The notes under the pieces were generated by a model. That model searched no databases and was not told the origin of the DNA. It saw only the letters and a list, made by a program, of their open reading frames with translations. 64,000 nucleotides of DNA, taken from contig OX597821.1 of assembly GCA_951406725.2 (NCBI GenBank), positions 29,388,001 through 29,452,000 of the forward strand, read 5' to 3'. A program made the translations under genes and the position numbers. Origin of the DNA: Octopus vulgaris. Lineage: Eukaryota. Shown here piece after piece: positions 51,204-64,000 of this stretch (position 1 is its first letter; the number at the start of each line of letters is the position of its first letter).

Positions 51204-52561
51204 ACACAATTGTTACTCATATAGCTTTATAGTTTAAATCATAAGAACTTAGAAACTTTGAGACATGAAATAGATAATTTTTTATTAGCGGAACTCAACA
51301 GTAGACAATGCTTAACAACATCTTTACATCCATTTTTACATTCTGAGTTTAAATTCCATTGAAATCAACTTTGCATTTCATCCTTTCCAGGTCCATGAAA
51401 TAAGTACCAGCTGAGAACTCAAGTCAATCCAATCAACTAGCAGCTGCAAATTTCAGGACATGTGACTATAATAGAAAGTATTTATAGCTTCATGTGTAAA
51501 AATAAATTTCTACATATGTGTGCATGTGTATGTATGTGTGTGTGTGTGTGTGTGTATTTTATTAATAATCAGCAGAATTTACAAATTGACTTAAGGGCCA
51601 ACGGTTTCTTCAATAAATGCCAACACACTAAACTTTTGGCCCTTAACTCACTCTGTAACTTCTGCTGATTATTGACAAAAAACACACGTGCTCAGTTCTA
51701 TTTTTCTTGTTTGCATTACCAAACCTATATGAGTGGATTGATTATTTTCTGAATTGAACTATGGTGCCATGCACTCACTGTAAACTCTAAAAAGATACCT
51801 GGAAATAGCTGACATTATTCTTAAGTGTGTTAATTGTTACCTGTAAAAATTAACCTCTGCGTGTGCATACAATACTCTCTCTCTCTCTGTCTCTCTCTTT
51901 TTCCATTTTGTTTCTCTTTCTTAGCCAACATAATGGTTTACATTTTTGCAGCACCAATTCTCAGACTTCTTCATTCACATTTAAAACTACTTCATTTATA
52001 ACATTTATACCTTCCAGGTAAAGGCACCATTCCATTGTTGAAACTAAATCCATTTCTCCATCCTTCCATCATTATCCTTCCTTCTCTCTCTCTCTCTAAG
52101 TACTAAGACTTCATAGCTGCCAAAATAAAAGCATTAAGAATGCTCCTACTATTTCAGACCCAGTTACCATTCAGGACAGCATTCTTCTATCCAAGACAAT
52201 TTCTTTGCCTACAGACAGACATACTTGTTTCCTAGCAATAAATTTAAACACTCGTTCTTGCCTTTTCAAAGATCACACAACAAAAGTATGATAGAGTGCT
52301 TATAATAATAATGATGATGATGATGGTTGTGGTGAAGAGGGCATACTTGTGCCTATTCTTGCCTTGTCTCTCAAATGAAATCATTCTTCAAAAAAAAAAA
52401 AAGGAAAAGAAAAAATGATGGCGGCATTAGTGTAAAGAGAAATTGCCTGTCAGGTGTGTTAAAATGATGAGAGACATTGCAACAAAGCAAAGGAAATACC
52501 AATTTTTCAAAGTAACATACTGACACTGACCTGGTCTCAGATTCTTTCAAGTTGTGAACTC

Positions 52562-52601
<40 letters not shown>

Positions 52602-52745
52602 GTGTGTACACACACACACACACACATATATATATACACACATGCATCTAAATATATATATATATAAAAACCATACACACATATATAGATATAGATATAT
52701 AAATATATACATACACAAGCCAAATAATTCCCAGTAAATTCTGCA

Positions 52746-52781
52746 ACTCACCTGAAACCAAAATGAACAAAAGTGAGTTTT
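52746..52781 (-). promoter_or_regulatory. Candidate recursive splice site (branchpoint-polyY-CAG|GTGAGT)
   Basis: Minus strand: aaaaCTCACttttgttcattttggtttCAG|GTGAGT; consensus branchpoint, AG-free tract and consensus donor. Confidence 0.45.
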
Positions 52782-53442
52782 AATATTTGTGTAAATATAA
52801 GCATATATACAAATACAAATACATACATATTATATGTGTGCATGGATGTATGTGCAGCCACACACACATATAATTTCAAAATTTATGACAAATAACAATG
52901 CAGAAGACAAAATTTAACAATTAATTCAAAAGAAAAACAATGTGAAAGTGTCATCAATGATTCAAGCTTAAGCTCTTGTTCAGAAAGTTGAGATGGTAAG
53001 AGAAGACATGTAAAAGTAGGAAGGAAAAAGAAACCAGAATTAAAGTAAAAACACAAATTGCGCAGAGTCAAGTCATGTTGAAAATATATTTAGACGTAAG
53101 CGACAGTTTGACAGTCATAGCGAAATACGTACATCTGTATGTTAAAATTTTCAACATGCACTTCCATGTAAAATACTGTTTGTATACATTTGTAAGGTGT
53201 CGAAGCAGAAATTTGGTCTTCCTACAACTAAAATACAAGCATCGGAAGAAGTGCTTATGACAGTGTATGTGTGAATGTGCATAATGTACATGTGTGTTTG
53301 GTGGAGAGTGAATGATAGTAGAGATTAAGCTTGACTTTCAGTGATATGTAATGCTCCTTGTTATTATTGGTGTTATTTAGGCCCAAGTCAGTTTTTAGTA
53401 GATCTAAGAACAGAAACATTCCAGCTTGAACAAATTGTCCTC

Positions 53443-53479
<37 letters not shown>

Positions 53480-53722
53480 GCTCTCATGTGTGTGTGTGTG
53501 TGTGTGTAAACCTAGGGCTTCAACTGTTTTTATCTTTTTCTTAGAAAAGGTAGAAGTGTAAATTTAAAAAGATTAAGCCACTCATCCACATGCACAGTGA
53601 TCCCTTGGTAGGTTGTGGCAGTGATGCTAACAGTAGTGATGCTAATGTGGAAACAAAAACAATAAAGGTTTCTGGTTTGAGTACAAAGCCAACAATTGTT
53701 GGGGAAGGAGATAAACACACCA

Positions 53723-53950
53723 TTAACCCTTTTGTTACCAATCCGGTTGAAACCGGCTTTGGCTCTGAGTACAAATGTCTTGTTTTCATAAGTTTTGAAT
53801 TAAAATCTACCACTAAACCTTAGTCACAATTTATGTTCCTAACACTAGCTGAATGATAACTAAGTTATTTTATTAAATTCTTTGTTATATCTAAAGTAAC
53901 TGAAAGAAACACAGAAGATCTTAAAATAAATACAGTAACAAAAGGGTTAA
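53723..53950 (+). mobile_element. piggyBac-type MITE (family P1, young)
   Basis: TTAA|CCCTTTTGTTAC...GTAACAAAAGGG|TTAA, perfect 12-bp TIR. Confidence 0.93.
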
Positions 53951-54091
53951 CCACTCAAGTATTAGGCTTGAACATTATTTTAGTAATCCAGGAAGAATTA
54001 AAGGCAAAGGTGATCTAGTAAGAATTGAGCTGTAAACAAAGAGTCAGAAGTAGTACTGCATGGCACTTTGTCCAGCATTCTAATGATTCTG

Positions 54092-54322
54092 CTAACCCTT
54101 CTGATATCAACCCACCTGAAACTGCTTCTGGCTCTGTAGTATAAATGTCTCGTTTTCAAAAGTTCTGAATTAAAATCTTCCACCAAACTTTAGTCACAAT
54201 TTATGTTCTTAACACTAGCATAATGATAACTAAGTTATCTTACTAAATTCTTTTTTATATTTAAAATTAACTGAAAGAAACATAGAGCATCACAACAGAA
54301 ATAATGGTAACAAAAGGGTTAA
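54092..54322 (+). mobile_element. piggyBac-type MITE (family P1) abutting a family-B SINE remnant
   Basis: CTAA|CCCTTCTGATA...GTAACAAAAGGG|TTAA. Confidence 0.85.
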
Positions 54323-55469
54323 TAATAAATGTGACATAAATAGACAACCAGTCAGATAGACAGATAGATCGATAGGGTTATGCCCACATGTGTCAAGATA
54401 GAATGCAGTTTCTTTATAAAAAATAGGGTTAAGTCTATACTAAAGTTCACAATGAAATATTTTAAGGAAATTAAAGGATAACAGAGCTATGTGTATAGAT
54501 TGCACATAGTCTACACACACAGTTCTGATGGATGTGATGGAACTCAGAATTTCCATATAAAATAGATATTTCCCCATTTCTTCAGCCAGTAACAAACTAA
54601 ATACAAAAGTAAGCTGGTAACCAGTCTTTTGATAACTGTGACTAGCTAGCAGTTCTGGTTCAGTGATACAACAGAGAGAGAGAGAAAATGTATCAGTTAC
54701 AAAGTAGCTTTAAATCCATATATATACTGATGTGAGTTTAGATGAAAAAAAAGTTTAGTGTTTTAGGTAAATCTATTTGTAAGAGGATGTAAGGGGCAGC
54801 ACTCTGCTGTTACAGTTGGGGCTTCAGGCATACCTTTTCATCATGTCCAGCAGTGTTTGTATTTTACTGGCTCTGAACAGAAGGCAAAATTGACAGGAGT
54901 AAGAAGTGAACTAAAGACCTTAGCAGAAGAAACAATGCAAGGCATTTTGTCCAACACTCTAATGTGGCTGCCAGCTTACCAATTTAAACAATAAAAGTGA
55001 CAAACAAACAAAAGAGACAGATAGATATAGCATAAAAAGGTTGAACACCACAGAACAAGCAACTGACATGTATCATTTGCTCTTAATCTAATTCAATGAC
55101 TTCAGATCACTTCTGGGGTTAATAAAGTACCAGCGAAGTATTATTCCCTTACACAAAAATTTGTAGTCTTGTGCCCTCATAAAAAAAATTATCTCCTTAA
55201 ATCTAATCCTTTGAATACCATCCCACATGAGATTGCTTCTGGTGCTATGAAATAAACTTGCTGCTTTAAAGTGATCTAAACTAAAACCTCCCATCAAAAT
55301 TTCATGTTACCTTATGTTTCAAACAGCAGCTTAATAATAACAAAATTATTTTACTAAATTCTTCGTTATTTTAAAAATTAATTGAAACAACATCAGGGTA
55401 TTATATGAAAAATCAGGGTATTTCATTAGAAGTATGGTAACAAGAGGATTATGTTACATTTTTAATGAG

Positions 55470-55775
55470 ATGGACAAGCTTGGCTCCTTCTAAAGAAGTA
55501 ACTCAATTCAAGAAACAGTTTCAGCAAGGGACACCAGAATGTCATTCTCAATAGATAATCCTTTCATGGAACATTTTGGCTATTAAAATTGCTGAAACAC
55601 TTGTTCACAACAATAAGGGGAAAAGAACAGCAAAATGTTCTCCTCATGTTTTTTAGATATACACATCACAATCAATTGGATGTGGTTACTTTAAAATTCC
55701 AATGTTTTTCCAAACTTCACATACCCTCACAATTTCTCATGTACCTCAAGGGGTTCATTTGCCTGTGTTATGGGA
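55470..55775 (+). pseudogene. Possible decayed piggyBac transposase C-terminus
   Basis: Fragments in order across frameshifts: AWLLLKK, IKIAETL..NKGKR, PHV.LDI..NQLD, SHV..GVHL. These resemble PGBD-type AWLLY...IAE.L...DIRYD..DH...VHLC. Confidence 0.35.
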
Positions 55776-56227
55776 ATGATGAAAACATGAAAAGATTGTG
55801 ACAAGGATAGGATGAAAAAAATGTTGCCACAGAGTAAAGAATCTGATGATATAGCTATGGTCAGCAGTCTAGAAAGAAAGATTTCTGCTTTATCAGACAC
55901 ATATATTATTCCCAATGGACTTCTTATAAATCTGAAGTATTCAATTAAGTAGAGTTCATAGGAAAAAAACTGCACCAAAAGAAAAAAGAAGAAACAAGAA
56001 AATTAATTAATATTACATCTTTATAAAGAAGAACACGAATAAATAAATTGGCTAATTGTAATTTAGAAAGACAAGAAACACAACACCAGAATCCAAATAA
56101 ATTAAAACTTAAATGAGGATATGGAGTGTGGATTGGTTTAATCTTTGGTAAGTACAGCGACAGTGCAGGTTATGTTACAGTCTTTCTGGACTTCCTCAGC
56201 ACTGGCCTTATATTTTAGATAGTAGAA

Positions 56228-56445
56228 AGGCAGCGAACAGGAAAAATTGCTAGCACGCAGAACAAAATACTTAGTGGAATTTCTTCCAGCTAAATATTCT
56301 GAGTTCAAATTCTGCCAAGGTGAATTTTGCCTTTCATCATTTCAGAGTCAATAAAAGAAATACCAGTCCAGCAAAGGGATTAATGTAATTAACTATCCCC
56401 GTCCTCCTTCAAGATTTCAGGCCTTCTGCCTATACTGGAAAGAAT
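56228..56445 (+). mobile_element. Family-B SINE (diverged)
   Basis: TTCTGAGTTCAAATTCTGCCAAGGTGAATTTTGCCTTTCATC...ATTTCAGGCCTT. Confidence 0.75.
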
Positions 56446-57217
56446 ATTTTGGTTGGTAGACCACATCAATACACCCAACATAAAGCCATTACCTGGAACT
56501 TAGGTACTTTTCACAGACAACTCTGTTAAAGACATTAGAGATAGGCCAATGGTCTCCTACACTTCTCCCTCATCAGTCTCAAAGATCCTGCAAAAAGTTG
56601 GGTATGAAAGATGCCCATAATTTGGTGACTAAGCCATATAAAAAAAAAAAAAAAAAAAAAAGGAAAATGAATGAATGACCCAACCCAGCTAGTTAGGAGT
56701 TATGCTGCGCTGTTATTCAAAACAACTCACTTATTTTCTTTAGTTACATCGGTAAATGTGTTACTACTGAATGCAAACAACTACTAAATGTCGCCCATCT
56801 CCACCATGTGGTGATGGTGGTAGGTAGTAGTAGTAGTAGTAGAAGTAGTAGTGGTGGAGCAATACAGAGGAATGGTAGTGATTGTAGATTTATTTATTAG
56901 GATATTAGAAGCAGCAGGAATATCATTATTATCAGCAGGTACTGATAATAATGATATTCATTCCTGATGTTGTCGTTGTTGAAGTTATAATAGTGAAGGT
57001 GTTGATACATACAACCCCTAGGTGGCTACTGTAATAATAAAGCTTCCCGCCTCACATTATCAAATTTGATAATAGGTGTTTGTATAATATATTGTAAACA
57101 TAATATTAACTGTGAAATATAGCAGAAAACACTTCATATATATAGATATGTATGTATGTACATACGTATGTATGTATGTATGTATGTATGTATGTATGTA
57201 TGATGGATGTATGGATG

Positions 57218-57261
<44 letters not shown>

Positions 57262-57736
57262 TCACAAAACTTGTGGTTTTTATTGTATATACATGCACAC
57301 AGAAAAATACATACACATATGAATGTGTGTGTGTGCACAGACAAAAATGCATATACATACATATAAGCATTGACATAGTTATGTATACACACATAAATGT
57401 ATGAGGTTGTGTATCATTATTATTTTACATCCACTATCATAGTCAGAGTTTGTATTCAGGGGTTTTGGTCATCCAGATACTTAAGAGGGTTTCACCAAAC
57501 CTCCCTAACACCAGTCACATTATAGAGTGCATGGATGCCTTTTACATGGCACTAGCACTAGAGAGGTGTCATGTACTCAACAAGACTAAAGGGCCTTCAA
57601 AGCCTATCCTGTTACAGAGTGTACTGGATTCATTTTTCATGACACCAGTACTACAGAGATAGAGATGTTCTTGACACAACTAAAAGAACTCCAGAGCCAT
57701 GTTCTGCCTGTTTAATAGAATAAGAAGCATGAACAA

Positions 57737-58075
57737 TCATCATCATCATCATCATCATCATCGTTTAACGTCCGTTTTTCATGCTAGCATGGGTTGGACG
57801 GTTTGACCAGGATCTGGGAAGCCAGAAGGTTGCACCAGGCTCCAGTCTGATCTGGCAGTGTTTCTACAGCTAGATGCCCTTCCTAACATCAACCATTCCG
57901 TGAGTGTAGTGGGTGCTTTTTACGTGCCACCAATACGGAAGCCAGTCAAGGTGGCAATGGCATCGGCCACGTTTGGATGGTGCTTTTTACGTGCCACCGG
58001 CACTGGGATCACAACTACAATTTCCATTGATTTTTGATTTTTATGTACTTGACTCAATAGGTCTCCTCAAGCACA
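57737..58075 (-). mobile_element. RTE 3' UTR/tail fragment, 2 internal units
   Basis: (CAT)n-CGTTTAACGTCC...GGTGCTTTTTACGTGCCACC twice. Confidence 0.85.
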
Positions 58076-58827
58076 GGGATGTACAGAAATATGATTGCAG
58101 TAAGAAAAATGTGATAGCAGGATGTGTTATAGGAGTACTGAGTATTTTGAAATAGTTATGCACATTCAAGACGTGACTGTGATGGCAGGGTAGTAATAGA
58201 AGACATTGAGATCAAGGATATGGAGCAATGATAGAGACCCACAATGAGATATCTAGGAGATAAAACCAGGACTGAAACCCAGATCATGTGAGGGTAAAAA
58301 GAAGGAAAGACATGATGACAAAAAGAATGAAAGGAAATGATGACAAGTAATACAGGAGGGACGTTTGAAGTAAGAATGTACTGGTCATAAGTTTTCCGAT
58401 GTAACTACCCAACATAGGCTTGGAGATGGGCTGGAAGTTTGTGCGATAGCAGTGATAGTAAGGAAACGAGGAGTAGGTGAGCCATGTGGAAGTACTGGAG
58501 AGAAGGTTGGGATAACTGCAGTAGCATTCTTAGTAACAATGGTAAACAGAAGAGAGCCACTGTTGTCATCAGTCACACCAGAAGCATAGTACACTGAAAT
58601 TAAGAAGAGGAAGGAGTGATCGAAAAAGAAGCAACATGGGGGTTGGCACAAGAAGCAAGACAGATAAAAGTATGAGTGAAAATATAAAAAAAAAAAAACA
58701 TAGATGACAGTAGTATGAGCAAAAGACTGATGAGCAATATGCAAATGCAAAGAGTTTAAGTGACAGAAGTATTAAAGGGATAAGAGCCTATCAGAGAAGC
58801 TAATGATGTTGACTTGATAGAAGGCAT

Positions 58828-59230
58828 ATCATCATCATCATCATCTTTTAATATCCATGTTCCATGCTGGCATGGGTTGGATGGTTCACAGGATCTGTAG
58901 GTCCAAGAACTGCATTGTGATCCACTGTTTGCTTTGGCATCATTTCTACACATGGATGCTCTTCTTAACCCTTTTGTTACTGTATTTATTTTGAGATGCG
59001 CTGTGTTTCTTTCAGTTACTTTAAATATAACAAAGAATTTAGTAAAATAACTTAGTTATCATTCAGCTAGTTTTAGGAACATAAATTGTGACTAAGGTTT
59101 GGTGGAAGATTTTAATTCAAAACTCATGAAAACAAGACATTTGTACTCAGAGCCAAAGCCGGTTTCAGCCGGGTTTGTAACAAAAGGGTTAATGTCACTT
59201 GATTTCCAGCATGTACTGGGTGCTTTTATC
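58828..59230 (-). mobile_element. RTE tail fragment interrupted by a P1 MITE
   Basis: GGATGCTCTTC-TTAA[MITE]TTAA-TGTCAC...GGGTGCTTTT reconstitutes the GGATGCCCTTCCTAATGCCAAC motif. Confidence 0.7.
58965..59192 (-). mobile_element. piggyBac-type MITE (family P1, young)
   Basis: TTAA|CCCTTTTGTTAC...GTAACAAAAGGG|TTAA; close reverse complement of 53723-53950. Confidence 0.93.
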
Positions 59231-60699
59231 AGATAGAAATTAAACACCTGACGGATAAATAGATGCATGTATACATACGTGCATACATGTACATCCATAT
59301 TTCAAGTGATACATGCCTATATATATTCAAATATACATATGACAATTTCAACCTGTTTTGTCAAGCCTGGGCTAGGGTGTATGTATGTATGATATGTGTA
59401 TGTATGTATGTATGTATGTATATGTGTATGTATGTGCATGTTTTATATGAATATATATAGATGTCTTCAACTGCATTTATATGTATATATATGCGCGTGC
59501 ATGGAGAGAAAATGCAAGAGTGACAAAGAGAGAAAGAAAGAGAAATATGCTTATATATATATATATATTAATTCTAATATGAATAAGCTGTTTCTAATAT
59601 GTATGTTTGTATGTTTATGTGAGCATACATATTCACACACATATTTATGCACACATCTATCTACCTATCTATATATACACACACACACACACACGTGTGT
59701 GTGTGTGTGTGTGTTTATAGTGTATGTTTTGAGTGTAAACTTTTTTTTATATTGAGACTTCAGTATAGATATTAACTACGTAGGAGACCTTACTAAGATA
59801 AACAATGCCAATGGGGAAACAGTTACTCTGCCACACAGACACATTAGCGCATCTATGAATCTACACATTACCTCCTATTCCCACAACACTAAACTATCTG
59901 GAACAGCTAAGAATTACTCCAAGAACACCATTAAAACATTGTAAACAGTCTTCTGGTTTACTCCACCTTGTTTATTATTATTTTCATCATCATCATCATC
60001 ATCATTCATTAACATCTTCCAATGAGTGTGGATATGTCTGTAAGTCTGTGTGTGTGCGTGTGTGTGTGTTCTAAGTATGGTACTGCAAAATGTTCTGCAA
60101 TTGAGTGAATGTGAATCTATGCCTGCACAGGTGTTTATATGTATGTGTGTAAAGTTATATGTTGGTGTGTTAGAATTTATATAGGAGAAGATGTAATTTT
60201 TGTATCATGAACAATACACCCATACATTTCTCAATGTGCATACATATCCACACACTAATATAGTAGCTAATCACATTGGCAATATCTATAGCCTACATAA
60301 AAGCCCAGATAAACACACACACATATACACACATAACACAGTACATATTTACTTTACAATATGTACACATACAAAACTCCACACAATACTTACATAACAA
60401 TTTACATACAAAGACATACAAATTACACATATTACAGAAGCCATGTTATTAAATGTAAACATGCACACACACACACACACACACACGCACACACGTGCAC
60501 ATGCACAAGCAAATAAACATATCTAAAGAGTGTAAGGTAAACAGCAACATGCATATACATTTACATGCATCTGATGCTATAACATACATTTGCATACATA
60601 AACACACTATACCAAAACTTATACACACAAACATATTAACACTCGTACACAGTAGGACAATGGAACACACACATACATTTACACAAAGAAGTGTTTCAC

Positions 60700-60900
60700 A
60701 CACAACCAAGTGGCATCATACAAAGATATACATACACAAGCGTACATACACACACATACATACATATAACATCAGCACATATCCATATACACACACACAC
60801 ACAAGCAAATGGTATTGCACAAGGATATGCATACACAAGCACACATACACACACATACATACATATAACATCAACACATATCCATATGCACACACACACA
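60700..60900 (+). repeat. Tandem duplication of ~100 bp in CA-rich DNA
   Basis: CAAG..CATACACACACATACATACATATAACATCA(G/A)CACATATCCATAT occurs at ~60737-60788 and ~60836-60887. Confidence 0.8.
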
Positions 60901-61340
60901 CACACATACACACAACACCAACACATGCACATTCACACATGTACACACACCTAAATGCACAACACACCACTGACATCCCATGCACACCAAAAGATGCATA
61001 CAAATACAGGTGCACAATAGCAGAAAGCCATGAACCTACACAGTTCAAGCCCCATTGTAGAATCCCCAGTAGGGCCAACGTTAATATTTAGCAGTCATAA
61101 TATCTATTCCCTGAAGCTTTCAGTTACGGGATGAGTGTGGAGATAAGTTAGCAAGTCACCATCATCATTATTGTCAAAATCTAAACCACCCTCATCATCC
61201 TAAATCCCCTTGAGAAACAAACAACAACATCTTATACCCACAATCTCTACCTCCCACAAACCTCAAGACACTGAGGACTATATAAAACTCATTAACAATT
61301 CAACTTTATCATCATCATCATCATCATCACCATCAACATT

Positions 61341-62675
61341 AAGGCAGTGAGCTGGCAGAATCGTTAGCATGTTGGGTAAAATGCTTAGAAACAGTTTGTC
61401 CAATTTTATTGACTGAGTTAAAATTCTGCCATGGTCAGCTTTGTCTTTCATCCATTTGGGATCAATAAAATATGTACCAGTTGAGTACTAGGGTTGATGT
61501 AATTGACTATAACCTAACCCCCAATATTTCAGGCCTTGTGCTTATAGTAGAGAGAATTATTATCATTATCTATTTCTTTACTACCCACAAGGGGCTAAAC
61601 ACAGAGAGGACAAACAAGGACAGACAAACGGATTAAGTCGATTATATCGACTCCAGTGCGTAACTGGTACTTAGTTTATCGACCCCGAAAGGATGAAAGG
61701 CAAAGTCGACCTCGGCGGAAAGCAACAAGCTGGCAGATTTGTTGGCATGCTGGACAAAATGTTTAGAGGCTTTTCTTCCAGCTTAACATTCTGAGTTCAA
61801 ATGTTGCTAAGGTTAACTCTGCCTTTCATCTTCCTTTTCTTTTTGTGGAGGCAGGGATAAATAAAGTACCAGCTGAGCTCTGGGGGTCACACTGTAATCA
61901 ACTAGCACCTGCCACCCACCAAATTTCAGGCCTTGCACTTATAGTAGAAAAAATCTTATTAATATTACTGGTAGAATTGTTAGCATGATAGGCAAAATGA
62001 TTAGCTGCATGTTGTCCATCAGCGCCTTCTGAATTTATATTCTGCTGAGGTCAACTTCGCATTTCATCCTTTCGAGGTCAATAATTAAATAACAGTTGAG
62101 TGTTGGGGGGCGACGTAATTGACTCTCTCCCTCCCTCAAATTTCAGGCCTTGTCCCTATAGTAGAAAAGATTATTATTTAAGACATCGTACAGTATCCAA
62201 TATCGTGATGTTGTTGATTGAAGGGGATTTGTACTGTTTGTCAAGTTGAAACAAGGAGATCAGTCAGACAGACATTTACGCAATATGCTGATTTTTGCAT
62301 TTATTATTAAATTGGCAGGTGGGGAGAATCATTAGAACACTGGCAGAAATATTTAGCGTTATTTGTTCCATTTCTTTATGTTCTGAGTTCAAATCTTATC
62401 AAGGTAAACTTAGCCTATCGGCAATAAAATAAAGTTCTGAGTACTGTGGTCAATGGTAATAACTAAACTTGTCACACCAAAATTTCTGGCCTGTGTGTAA
62501 ATTAGAAAGTATTATTATTATTATTATAATTAATAAGCATGGTGGTGAACTGATAGAATCATTAGGGCATTGAAAAACAGCCTTGCAGTATTTGTTTGGT
62601 CTCTTTATATTCTGAGTTCAAATCCTGTTGAGGTCAAAACCTAAAATTGCTAGTCTTGTGCCTAAATCAGAAACA
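61341..62675 (+). mobile_element. Head-to-tail array of 5 family-B SINEs with an inverted B2 copy (61571-61720)
   Basis: Units start near 61341, 61720, 61965, 62313 and 62535. The B2 tail TATTTCTTTACTACCCACAAGGGG is at 61572. Confidence 0.82.
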
Positions 62676-63835
62676 GCTGTAAAGCAAATGGTAAATGACA
62701 AAGGGATTGGCAAAATCATTTGAACATCAAACAAAAATACCTTACACTATTAAAGTATGGCTCTATACAGTTGGAGTTAAATCTGGCTGAGTTTGCTTTT
62801 AAATTCCATTCTTTCTTTCTTTCATTTTCTCCCCCCCCCTCTCTCTCTCTTACAGATAGACAAATAAACCCAATCAAGAGCTGAGGTTGGTGCAGCAAAG
62901 TACATCCAACACCTGATAGATGAGGCCATAAAACTTATGTTAGAAATAATTAATGAGTAGATGATGTAGAACGACACAAAAAGTATACTTTAGTTCAATT
63001 TAGTTCTAACCAAATTCTAATAAGATATTTCTTTGTCACTCATTCGACACACTGTACTATTCACTAATTATAATATTACAGGTGATTATTATAATCTACT
63101 ACATTAATTTGGTAGGTTCGTCTGACTACATTCATAGCCCAAATTCTATGCTCTTGGTGTTGGGATAGTGGCTGTGGCGATGACAGTGATGCTAAAAGTG
63201 AGAAGAGTATTTCTGTAAGCCAGTAGATCATTTAGATGAGGAAAGACACACATCTTGACTGTCTTCGATCTTATAAATCTTACAGAGGCGCTGGTGGTGG
63301 TGGTGATACTTGGCTCAGGGATTTGCTTTCATTGTATATGCAAGTCAGTCAGTAAGTCCACTCTTTCTCTCTCTGCATGTATGTATACGTATTTATGTGT
63401 GTGTATGTGTACGTGCACGCATACATACATACACACACACGCACACAATCAGCAGTGCGAGGATGGTTTAATCAGTGATTCTATAAAACCTTGCAAGGCT
63501 AGAAATAATGAGAATAATGTAGGTGGTGGCGCTGGTGATGCTGGTAGAGCTGGTGATACATCGGTGGTAGTGGTGGTGCTGGTGGTGATAGCTGACCAGG
63601 CTGGTGAAAGTTTGGCGGTGTGTGCCATAGTGATAAGGCTAGTCAATTAATCAGTGGTAACAAGATCCCACTGCCCACTCCCCAAACCTGAGTGCAATTC
63701 AGAACGCAACAGACAGAACAGTATTACAGGTAACTATAAAATATAGTATCTGATGCTGCTGTTGGCTTGGCACTTGTGGTGTTTTGAGATGGGTGGTGAC
63801 TGGTGTTTTAGTGGAAGATATGATGATTAAAGCTG

Positions 63836-63866
<31 letters not shown>

Positions 63867-63867
<1 letters not shown>

Positions 63868-64000
63868 GGAGGCCAGCTGTCAGAATCGATAGCGCACCAG
63901 GCAAAATGTTCAGACGCATTTTGTCCGTCTTTTACGTTTTGAGTTCAAATTTCACCTATGTCGACTTTGCTTTCATCTTTATGGGTCGATAAAATAAGTA
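63867..64000 (+). mobile_element. Family-B SINE after (ATT)n, running off the window
   Basis: AAGGAGGCCAGCTGTCAGAATCG...GAGTTCAAAT...GTCGACTTTGCTTTCATC...GGGTCGATAAAATAAGTA. Confidence 0.85.

Noticed and set aside
58724-58760. CTGATGA-GCA(ata)TGC-AAA as a hammerhead
   Set aside because: G12 is missing and there is no credible stem III or stem I. The CCGAAGA motifs at ~36760 and ~48230 likewise lack a GAAA partner.
63255-63650. 131-aa ORF with GGGAGDAGRAGD and a valine run
   Set aside because: Derived from degenerate (GGT/GCT/GAT)n trinucleotide and (TG)n low-complexity sequence.

Overview
AT-rich eukaryotic DNA made almost entirely of repeats. The repeat families and microsatellite density suggest a coleoid cephalopod such as Octopus (inference). 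I found no intact host protein-coding gene. Nearly all ORFs in the supplied track come from (TA)n, (CA)n or (AGAT)n runs or from decayed transposons. Recognisable content: several tRNA-headed SINE families (some in head-to-tail arrays, some sharing a head but with different tails), RTE and CR1 LINE remnants, mariner and maT-like transposase remnants, TTAA-flanked piggyBac-type MITEs and a non-autonomous Helitron. Two signals stand out. (1) About eight type I minimal hammerhead-ribozyme motifs sit in short Penelope-like fragments next to (TA)n runs, mostly within 1.8-10.3 kb. One has an intact core (9930-9976), and several lie in inverted or tandem duplications. (2) Two strong minus-strand motifs read branchpoint-polypyrimidine-CAG|GTGAG (near 52752 and 27257). 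With a candidate exon at 4423-4489 they are spaced about 23-25 kb apart, which suggests recursive splicing of a giant intron. All calls were made by eye, and boundaries are approximate unless a TSD or TIR is quoted.
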